DNA of 42,350 nucleotides, from positions 1 through 42,350 of the forward strand of contig QKJL01000018.1 of the NCBI GenBank assembly GCA_003250835.1, written 5' to 3'. A model generated the notes under the pieces. It was not told the origin of the DNA. It was given only the letters and a program-made list of their open reading frames with translations, and made no database searches. This DNA is from Alphaproteobacteria bacterium (GTDB lineage: Bacteria > Pseudomonadota > Alphaproteobacteria > Rs-D84 > SZUA-605). The position numbers were made by a program, and so were the translations under genes. Shown piece by piece: positions 29,671 through 36,724 of this stretch. Each line of letters begins with the position of its first letter. Within the stretch, counting starts at the first letter, position 1.

Positions 29671-29937
29671 TTATTGTAGTAATGCTCTTGCCCGTATTGC
29701 AGGAGGATGAAGTAATCCATTCACAATATGTGATGGCATATCATCTTCTACTAGTAAATAGGCTTGGGGCCCATATTTACAAAATGAGGTATGGTTTGGG
29801 CATACTCTACCCGATTTACCATGCTCTTTACAATCTCCGCAACTTATAAACTTTGATTCTGCTACTGATTTACTCATATCTATAATAGTTTTCTTTTCTG
29901 AAAAAAGCCCTACACATGACTGTGAAGGACTTTTCAT
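29671..29937 (-). CDS. Cys/His-rich small protein, paralog B
   Basis: CGDCKEHGKSGRVCPNHTSFCKYGP. Confidence 0.7.
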   Translation of the reverse strand: MKSPSQSCVGLFSEKKTIIDMSKSVAESKFISCGDCKEHGKSGRVCPNHTSFCKYGPQAYLLVEDDMPSHIVNGLLHPPAIRARALLQ

Positions 29938-29963
29938 TATTAACCCAAAATTAACCTATGAAA

Positions 29964-30176
29964 TTAATTTAAATACTGTTGCTGTAAATAAGCAGGAGTA
30001 TTTTCATCCAATAACATAATTTTATCAGGTCCATATTCACAGACCGCACCATTATGTTCTGGACAGATATTTCCTGCTTGTCCTTTTTTAGGACAATTTT
30101 TTCCGCAGTTTGATTTTTGTTGAGTTAACACTACCGTTGGTCTATTACAGAGACCCGAATTTATTATTTTCTTCAT
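29964..30176 (-). CDS. Cys/His-rich small protein, paralog A
   Basis: CGKNCPKKGQAGNICPEHNGAVCEYGP. Confidence 0.7.
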   Translation of the reverse strand: MKKIINSGLCNRPTVVLTQQKSNCGKNCPKKGQAGNICPEHNGAVCEYGPDKIMLLDENTPAYLQQQYLN

Positions 30177-30194
30177 ATGTTTAATTATTTTTTT

Positions 30195-30242
30195 AATAAA
30201 TAGGTTTTTGCTCTATCTTAGCAGATGAACCTATTCTGTCAA
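30195..30242 (-). promoter_or_regulatory. Promoter and leader motif of Cys-rich operon
   Basis: TTGACA(30242-37)-N16-TAAGAT(30220-15) with extended TG; AAACCTATTTATT at 30207-30195. Confidence 0.65.
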
Positions 30243-30250
30243 GTCTCGAA

Positions 30251-30688
30251 TTATTTAAGTGATTGAGCTGCGTTATTTGCCAATTGATCAACACGCTCAT
30301 TTTCTGGATGGCCAGCATGACCTTTTACCCAATGCCATTCTATTTTATGTCTTTGCACCTGTTCATGCAGTGCTTGCCACAATTCTTTATTCTTTACTGG
30401 TTTACGCGCAGCTGTTTTCCAGCCATTTTTAATCCAGCCATGAATCCATGTCATCATGCCATTTTTTACATATTGTGAATCTGTATAGATTTCAACCTCG
30501 CATTCTGTCTTTAATGCTTTTAACCCTTCGATTACTGCGAGCAATTCCATTTTATTATTTGTTGTATTTTTTTCCGCCCCGGACATTTCTTTTTCTTTGT
30601 CCCCAGATATCAACAATGCCCCCCAGCCGCCTGGCCCCGGGTTTCCTAAACATGATCCATCTGTATATAATTTTACTTTTTTCATCAT
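30251..30688 (-). CDS. rnhA: Ribonuclease HI
   Basis: [46 protein letters not shown]. Confidence 0.97.
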   Translation of the reverse strand: MMKKVKLYTDGSCLGNPGPGGWGALLISGDKEKEMSGAEKNTTNNKMELLAVIEGLKALKTECEVEIYTDSQYVKNGMMTWIHGWIKNGWKTAARKPVKNKELWQALHEQVQRHKIEWHWVKGHAGHPENERVDQLANNAAQSLK

Positions 30689-30716
30689 GTCTCGCATTAT
30701 ATCATATTTATTTCAT

Positions 30717-30750
30717 AAAAAAAAGGAGTGACTGTCACATGTCACCCCCC
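30717..30750 (-). terminator. Terminator of putative ncRNA
   Basis: Minus strand GGGGTGAC-atgtgaca-GTCACTCC-TTTTTTTT. Confidence 0.8.
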
Positions 30751-31124
30751 TCACGACTTTTACTCTGCTACCAGAATAATAGGTTTGTAAAAACGAAGTG
30801 CTACCGGATCCGAACCAGTATCTTTGGCCAATGAGCCACTGCTCTCTCCACTACGGCTTTAGTTAACACCAATTTGTCATTCGACTTGTTGATATTGTTC
30901 ATTTCAAGATTTTTACACCTTACCTTCTCGGATATGATCCTTTTCGAAAGCACCATTTCTGGTTTTCATTACTTAATATTAACGTTAATTGGATCCAAGA
31001 CAATCTCATTGTCTTGATTTGCGTTCTTTATAACAGCTCATGTCTCCACGACTGAACAAAGCCTTCACACTTGAGCTAAGCATCTTCTATCGTAATAATA
31101 GGTTTAATAAGTATTCCTACTTAG
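30717..31124 (-). ncRNA. Putative novel structured ncRNA containing a split tRNA-like domain
   Basis: Own promoter and terminator, only ORFs of 33 aa or less, three GNRA-capped hairpins, a 9-bp hairpin, T-arm ACTGG-TTCGGAT-CCGGT, flanking AAACCTATTATT repeats. Confidence 0.55.
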
Positions 31125-31130
31125 TTCTTA

Positions 31131-31158
31131 ATACTATTCTAATATAAAAATCAGTCAA
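31131..31158 (-). promoter_or_regulatory. Promoter of putative ncRNA
   Basis: TTGACT(31158-53)-N16-TAGTAT(31136-31), divergent from the rplU promoter. Confidence 0.6.
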
Positions 31159-31244
31159 TTATTTTTTATTCTTTTTTTGGTTGACTTTAATAAAGGAATC
31201 AGTATATTGTACACATCTGAATTATGAACAAAAAGGAAATTAAG

Positions 31245-31541
31245 ATGTTTGCTGTATTTAAAACAGGCGGAAAACAGTATAAAGTTCAAAAAGGCGATGT
31301 ACTTTCAATTGAAAAGATTGACGCTGATAAAAAAGTTGAATTTGATGAAGTTTTAATGGTGAATGATACTATTGGAACTCCTGTTGTTAAAGGTGCGAAA
31401 GTTATTGCAGATGTTTTGGAACAAATGCGTGACGAAAAAGTGATTGTGTTTAAGAAAAAACGCCGTCAAAACTATCGTCGTAAAAACGGACATCGTCAAC
31501 ATTTAACAGTAATTAAAATCCAAGATATTAAAGTTGCTTAA
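31245..31541 (+). CDS. rplU: 50S ribosomal protein L21
   Basis: [30 protein letters not shown]. Confidence 0.97.
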   Translation: MFAVFKTGGKQYKVQKGDVLSIEKIDADKKVEFDEVLMVNDTIGTPVVKGAKVIADVLEQMRDEKVIVFKKKRRQNYRRKNGHRQHLTVIKIQDIKVA

Positions 31542-31573
31542 GCAACCTTAAGGAAAAAGAATAGGAGCATAAA

Positions 31574-31831
31574 ATGGCACATAAGAAAGCCGCCAGTGGT
31601 TCAAAGAACGGTCGCGATTCAGCTGGTCGTCGTTTAGGTATTAAAAAATACGGTGGTCAACACGTACTTTCTGGTAACATCATTGTTCGTCAACGTGGAA
31701 CAAAATATCACGCTGGTTTGAATGTTGGAATTGGAAAAGATCATACTTTATTCGCAACTATTGAAGGTAAAGTAGAATTTAAACGCGGATCACAAAACCG
31801 TAGCTATGTATCGGTATTGCCTACTGAATAA
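31574..31831 (+). CDS. rpmA: 50S ribosomal protein L27
   Basis: MAHKKA...[30 protein letters not shown]. Confidence 0.97.
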   Translation: MAHKKAASGSKNGRDSAGRRLGIKKYGGQHVLSGNIIVRQRGTKYHAGLNVGIGKDHTLFATIEGKVEFKRGSQNRSYVSVLPTE

Positions 31832-32259
31832 TGAGTGACGATAACGATATATTCGAAAGATTAATGGAACACGTTCAGCCCTTAAAAAACGCTGAACGTG
31901 TTTCAACAAAAACTGCGCCGAAAATTTCTTCTGATCACAAGAATGAAAAGCAGTTTACCCTTAAAATTGAAAAACGCCCTTATGATCGTTCTCTTGACTT
32001 ACACGGAATGCATGAAGATGAAGCATTTTATGTTGTGGAACGTGTTTTTAAAGAAAATCCAGGAAAACAAATCCTTGTTATTACAGGAAAATCAGGCGTT
32101 CTGCGCCAAAACTTTCCACGTTGGTGTGAACTTGGCAAACTTAAACCATTTATTCAATTTTATAATGTAGCTCCAGATGAACATGGTGGAGATGGTGCGT
32201 TTATTGTCACGCTCAAAAAAGCTTCTCAACCAATCTTTGGTGATCAATACATTCGATAA
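31831..32259 (+). CDS. Smr/MutS2-domain protein
   Basis: LDLHGM, LVITGKSGVLR, HGGDGAF. Confidence 0.88.
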   Translation: MSDDNDIFERLMEHVQPLKNAERVSTKTAPKISSDHKNEKQFTLKIEKRPYDRSLDLHGMHEDEAFYVVERVFKENPGKQILVITGKSGVLRQNFPRWCELGKLKPFIQFYNVAPDEHGGDGAFIVTLKKASQPIFGDQYIR

Positions 32260-32273
32260 AATACATTCGATAA
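32246..32273 (+). repeat. 14-bp tandem duplication AATACATTCGATAA x2
   Basis: Exact copies at 32246-32259 and 32260-32273, including the smr stop codon. Confidence 0.9.
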
Positions 32274-32313
32274 AAAAACACCCCTTAATCATTTCTGACT
32301 AAGGGGATTTTTT
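32272..32313. terminator. Terminator between smr and orphan lipoprotein gene
   Basis: Minus strand CCCCTTAGTCA-GAAA-TGATTAAGGGG with T tracts on both sides. Confidence 0.8.
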
Positions 32314-32771
32314 TATTTTTCTGGCAACTGTAATTCAGGTGCCGTTGCAATCCATTTATTTTCTTCGTCCAAATAAGCAAAAGATAAACCTTCTGATACA
32401 GGTTGATCTTCCCCTCTTAGTTCAACTTCCCCAATATCATCGTAATCACGATGTGACGGTCTTTTTATATACCTTGGATCATTTTCCCATTCTACTAAGA
32501 GACCATTCCATGCACAGCGCTTTTCACCTGTTGTCCAATGCATATCGTGCAGCATAATTGTTCCCGCTGTAGTTTTCAAAGAATCACCCTCAACTTCATT
32601 AGGTAACAATCCAACAACTTCCAACACACGCGGTGGGGTACCGTATTTGTCCATTGTCACAAACAGTGTAATCTTTTTTCCTGTTTTTTTATCAATCGCA
32701 ATCACTTCTTCTGTGTTTGAACACGAAGCAAATACAATTGCAATTAAGACTAATAATAATAGATTTTTCAT
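32313..32771 (-). CDS. Orphan lipoprotein
   Basis: MKNLLLLVLIAIVFAS-C lipobox; TTGACA(32839-34)-N16-TAAACT promoter; AAACTTATTATTAAT leader. Confidence 0.8.
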   Translation of the reverse strand: MKNLLLLVLIAIVFASCSNTEEVIAIDKKTGKKITLFVTMDKYGTPPRVLEVVGLLPNEVEGDSLKTTAGTIMLHDMHWTTGEKRCAWNGLLVEWENDPRYIKRPSHRDYDDIGEVELRGEDQPVSEGLSFAYLDEENKWIATAPELQLPEK

Positions 32772-32846
32772 TTTAATAATGTTTAATTAATAATAAGTTT
32801 TATTAATTGCGAGTTTATCAGATATTTTAAATCTGTCAAATATTCT

Positions 32847-32869
32847 AAAAAAGCCCCATTTCTGAGGCT
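32847..32869 (-). terminator. topA terminator
   Basis: Minus strand AGCCTCA-GAAA-TGGGGCT-TTTTT. Confidence 0.7.
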
Positions 32870-32875
32870 AATTTA

Positions 32876-35335
32876 TTATTTTTTTGCTTTCTTTTCTTTT
32901 TCAATCAGAATTCCCATTGCAATATCGAGGGTAATTTCTTGATCTTGATATTCCTTTGGAATTGATGCAGATACGCGACCGTGTTTCACATATGGACCAT
33001 AACGACCTGTTTTAAACCACATGATTTCTTTTTTATCTTTTGGATGTACCCCTAAATTAATTCCTTCAGATCCTTTTTTAGGACTACTATCGATAATTTC
33101 TTTTGCTTCTTCCAATGTTAATGTTAACACATTTTTATCGGCTGGCATTTTATGATATACTCCACCTGATTTCACATATGGACCATAGCGACCAATACCA
33201 ATTTCCACATCTTCTTCTAATTTTTTCGGCAAAGCAATTAACGCCAAGGCTGTTTCAAATGTTACATCTGATGGTTCAATATCTTTTGGCAATGAAACAC
33301 GTTTTGGTTTCTTACCTTTTTCAGCTTCACCTTCTTGAATATAGTCCCCATATGGACCTTTCTTTAAATAAATATTTAATTTAGTTTCTGGATTTACACC
33401 CAATGAAGGCTGTGTTTCACCTTCTGGCATTTCCGGACGTTCTTGACCAGGGAATGGACGTGTATAACGACAATCTGGATATTTTTCACATCCGATAAAT
33501 CCACCAAAACGGCCAATTCTGATCCCAACTTTTGATCCACATTGTGGACACACACGTGGATTTGGCACTTCTTCCGTTGGGACAAAAAAGTATTCACCAA
33601 TTTCATCATCCAACGCTTTTTGGATATCTTCTAATTTTAAATCTGTTGATTCATTTACCGCATCAATAAATGGTGACCAGAAATTATTTAACACCTTTTT
33701 ATAATCTTCACGACCGTTTGCAATATCATCAAGTAAATCTTCTAATTGTGCGGTGTAATCATATTCCATATATTGTTTAAAGTAGTGCTTTAAAAAGGCT
33801 ACTACAATACGGCCACGATCCGTTGCATGGAATTTACGTTTTTCTAATGTCACATATTCACGATCCACAATACGTTTCAAGATTGTCGCGTATGTTGATG
33901 GACGACCAATTCCACGTTCTTCCAAATGCTTCACCAATGTCGCTTCGCTGAAACGTGCTGGTGGTTGGGTAAAATGTTGTTCTGGTTTAATTTCATTTAA
34001 CTTTACAACATCCCCTTCATTTAATGCTGGCAATAATTTTGAATCTTCATCTTCATCCTTATCATCATCTCTTCCTTCTTGATATAAATTCAAGAATCCA
34101 TCAAATGTCATTGTTGTTCCAACCGCACGGAAGGCAGATGTTTTATCTTCGCTTTCTAAATCAGCCCCTACTTGGTTAAATTCAGCTTTTGTCATTTGAC
34201 ATGCTAATGTACGTTTCCAAATTAATTCATATAATTTTGCTTGATCTGGGTTTAATGACGCAGCAGCCATAACAGGTGTCTTTGTAATGTCTGATGGACG
34301 CACCGCTTCGTGGGCTTCTTGTGCATTTTTAGATTTGTTTCCATATTTAACAGGGCTTTCTGGTAAATATTTTTCCCCAAAATCTTTTGCCAACATTGCA
34401 CGGATACTTTCAATCGCATCTTGAGCCAATGCTACAGAATCGGTACGCATATAAGTGATGTATCCATTTTCGTACAATGCTTGTGCTGTTTTCATTGTTT
34501 GATCGGCACTGAAACGTAATTTACGTGATGCTTCCTGTTGTAATGTTGATGTTGTAAATGGTGGGACAGGTGAACGTGTTGTCTGCTTACGTTCTACTTT
34601 TGCCACTTTATATGTTTTGGCATCTAATATTTCTTTTGCAGATTTTGCAGCTTCTTCTGTTTTGAATGAGAACTTTTGGACTTTATCGCCTGAGAACAAA
34701 GTTAATTTTGCTGCAAATTCTTTATCTTCGATATTTGCAAAGGATCCATCCAATGACCAATATTCTTTTGGTTTAAATACTTGGATTTCATTTTCACGTT
34801 CCGCCACTAAACGTAGAGCCACAGATTGCACACGTCCGGCTGATTTTGAACCTGGTAATTTACGCCATAAAACTGGAGATAAGTTAAATCCCACAAGATA
34901 ATCCAATGCTCGACGTGCTAAATATGCATTCACCATACGATCATCCATGCCACGAGGGTTCTTTAGAGCTTCCTGTACAGCACGTTTTGTGATTTCATGG
35001 AATACTACTCGTTTTACTGGTTTATCGCCTATCACCTTGCGTTCACGCAAGATATCAAGCAAATGCCATGAAATAGCTTCCCCTTCTCGATCAGGGTCGG
35101 TTGCAAGAATAAGTTCGTCTGCACTTTTCATTGCATTTGAAATATCACGGATATTTTTTTCTTTTGCTGGATCAATTTGCCAATCCATCTTCCAATCATC
35201 ATCTGTATGCACCGAACCATTTTCTGGCTTCAAGTCTCGCACGTGACCGACTGAGGCCATTACGCGAAAGTCTGATCCGAGGTACTTTGAAATAGTTTTA
35301 GTTTTGGCAGGCGACTCTACAATAAGTAATTTCAT
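32876..35335 (-). CDS. topA: DNA topoisomerase I
   Basis: LIVESPAK, ATDPDREGEAI, SAGRVQS, ITYMRTDS, GIGRPSTYA, Zn ribbon and G(R/P)YGxY repeats. Confidence 0.98.
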   Translation of the reverse strand: MKLLIVESPAKTKTISKYLGSDFRVMASVGHVRDLKPENGSVHTDDDWKMDWQIDPAKEKNIRDISNAMKSADELILATDPDREGEAISWHLLDILRERKVIGDKPVKRVVFHEITKRAVQEALKNPRGMDDRMVNAYLARRALDYLVGFNLSPVLWRKLPGSKSAGRVQSVALRLVAERENEIQVFKPKEYWSLDGSFANIEDKEFAAKLTLFSGDKVQKFSFKTEEAAKSAKEILDAKTYKVAKVERKQTTRSPVPPFTTSTLQQEASRKLRFSADQTMKTAQALYENGYITYMRTDSVALAQDAIESIRAMLAKDFGEKYLPESPVKYGNKSKNAQEAHEAVRPSDITKTPVMAAASLNPDQAKLYELIWKRTLACQMTKAEFNQVGADLESEDKTSAFRAVGTTMTFDGFLNLYQEGRDDDKDEDEDSKLLPALNEGDVVKLNEIKPEQHFTQPPARFSEATLVKHLEERGIGRPSTYATILKRIVDREYVTLEKRKFHATDRGRIVVAFLKHYFKQYMEYDYTAQLEDLLDDIANGREDYKKVLNNFWSPFIDAVNESTDLKLEDIQKALDDEIGEYFFVPTEEVPNPRVCPQCGSKVGIRIGRFGGFIGCEKYPDCRYTRPFPGQERPEMPEGETQPSLGVNPETKLNIYLKKGPYGDYIQEGEAEKGKKPKRVSLPKDIEPSDVTFETALALIALPKKLEEDVEIGIGRYGPYVKSGGVYHKMPADKNVLTLTLEEAKEIIDSSPKKGSEGINLGVHPKDKKEIMWFKTGRYGPYVKHGRVSASIPKEYQDQEITLDIAMGILIEKEKKAKK

Positions 35336-35424
35336 GGATTTTCTTCTTTCTCTCTTACTGGTTTTATGCTATACTATGATTCGTATTTTTAATCAAATTA
35401 ATCTAATTGGTATTTTTAAGGCTT

Positions 35425-35619
35425 ATGACAGAAAATTGCAAGAACCATTTTAAAAAATCTGTTTTTTCGCTCATTGAAGGCGGATTGTCGGACAGCCAAC
35501 CGGAAGTTCAAATACGCAAAGAACATATTCCACCATACCAACTTTATCAACAATCTCTTGAAATTCTTGCTAAAGATTTTTTACGTAGCACTCAACAAGC
35601 GACAGGCACCGAATCTTAA
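35425..35619 (+). CDS. Possible small hypothetical protein
   Basis: 64-aa ORF from ATG 35425 filling an intergenic gap; no recognisable motif. Confidence 0.35.
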   Translation: MTENCKNHFKKSVFSLIEGGLSDSQPEVQIRKEHIPPYQLYQQSLEILAKDFLRSTQQATGTES

Positions 35620-35626
35620 AACCTTA

Positions 35627-35675
35627 TTGACATATTTTAGTTCTTACTTATAATCTGCTTCAACCTATTATTAAT
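35627..35675 (+). promoter_or_regulatory. Promoter plus AACCTATTATTAAT leader motif
   Basis: TTGACA(35627-32)-N16-TATAAT(35649-54); motif at 35662-35675. Confidence 0.7.
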
Positions 35676-35691
35676 TTAAAAATATTGTTGT

Positions 35692-36093
35692 ATGCAAAAT
35701 GAAAATTCTATTAAGTCAGATGTATTCACCCTTAACCGCAAGTATTTAAAGAATATACTGGTTGCTAATATCGCTGCTATGTTATTTACAATTACTCAAT
35801 TTCCATTTGAGGAATTTAGACAACTCCATTTTTCAGCCGCTGCCAGTTTATTTATCATACTTCTTTTATACTTATTTGATGGATTTAGAAAATACATTAC
35901 ACGAAGGCGCGGGGTATGGACATCGATGATCACTCTTTTCTTACTAATTGGAGTGGATATGTTTTTACTCTTAAAACTGAACATCACCCATATACCTACT
36001 TGGGAATTCCTGACAATTATGACACACTTACTCGTATTTGGCGTTTATTCCAAGACAGAGGGAATTCGGGATGATTTAAGGGCACATAGTTAA
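35692..36093 (+). CDS. Orphan 4-TM membrane protein
   Basis: 133 aa, four hydrophobic segments, own promoter and terminator. Confidence 0.72.
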   Translation: MQNENSIKSDVFTLNRKYLKNILVANIAAMLFTITQFPFEEFRQLHFSAAASLFIILLLYLFDGFRKYITRRRGVWTSMITLFLLIGVDMFLLLKLNITHIPTWEFLTIMTHLLVFGVYSKTEGIRDDLRAHS

Positions 36094-36121
36094 AAAAAGC
36101 TGGCATATGCCAGCTTTTTTT
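36092..36121. terminator. Bidirectional terminator (perfect 30-bp palindrome)
   Basis: AAAAAAAGCTGGCAT|ATGCCAGCTTTTTTT. Confidence 0.85.
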
Positions 36122-36720
36122 TATTTTAAACTTAAAATTTCTAGACGGATTTCTTTCAATCCAATTCCCTTTTCAGAACTTGTTTTTAAGATTTCTGGAT
36201 ACATTGCTGGATGATCTTTTTGATATTCCATTCCAGCTTCGTATACTTTTTTTAATGCACTTTCTTTAATCTTATCTGCTTTTGTTAGCACGATTTGATA
36301 ATTCATCGCACATTCATCGAGCATTTTCATCATTTCAACATCATTATCTTTTATTCCATGACGTGAATCAATCAGCAAGAATACGCGACGCAATGATGCA
36401 CGCCCACGTAAATAATCTTTCATCATTCCTTGCCATGATTTTACTAAATCTCTTGGTGCTTTCGCATAACCGTATCCAGGTAAATCCACCACATACATAC
36501 GATCTGCCCAATTAAAAAAGTTAAGAGATTGTGTACGACCTGGTGTACTTGATGTTTTTGCCAATCCTTTTACACCTGTAATCGCATTAATCAATGATGA
36601 CTTTCCTACATTTGAACGTCCCACAAATGCCACTTCCGCAAATGCATCCCCTGGGATTTGAGAAAGTTTATTAAATGATCCTACAAATTTTGGAGCGCTG
36701 TCCATCCAATCTTTTGCCAT
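36121..36720 (-). CDS. engB: Ribosome biogenesis GTPase YihA/EngB
   Basis: GRSNVGKSS, TPGRT, DLPGYGY, TKADK. Confidence 0.95.
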   Translation of the reverse strand: MAKDWMDSAPKFVGSFNKLSQIPGDAFAEVAFVGRSNVGKSSLINAITGVKGLAKTSSTPGRTQSLNFFNWADRMYVVDLPGYGYAKAPRDLVKSWQGMMKDYLRGRASLRRVFLLIDSRHGIKDNDVEMMKMLDECAMNYQIVLTKADKIKESALKKVYEAGMEYQKDHPAMYPEILKTSSEKGIGLKEIRLEILSLK

Positions 36721-36724
36721 ATTT

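Noticed and set aside
30830-31070. Group II intron (GTGTG at 31070 and AGCCG...TGGCT resembling domain V) or group I intron
   Set aside because: The domain V-like hairpin is too short and lacks the AC bulge, there is no domain VI or RT ORF, and group I R/S core motifs are absent. It remains a competing local fold.
30801-31083. Short minus-strand ORFs of 25, 18 and 33 aa inside the putative ncRNA
   Set aside because: No SD or recognisable motifs, and dense RNA structure explains the region better; they cannot be fully excluded.
30795-31085. Calling the element a functional tRNA-Met/Ile(CAT) or tmRNA
   Set aside because: The anticodon loop is 6 or 8 nt, the acceptor has an A-C mismatch, no CCA is encoded, and there is no GGGG 5' end, G3-U70 pair or recognisable tag ORF.
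31181-31208. 16-bp-spacer TTGAC promoters as a signature unique to orphan genes
   Set aside because: The rplU and secG promoters show the same TTGACT-N16 pattern, so it is the host promoter style; only the leader motif is distinctive.
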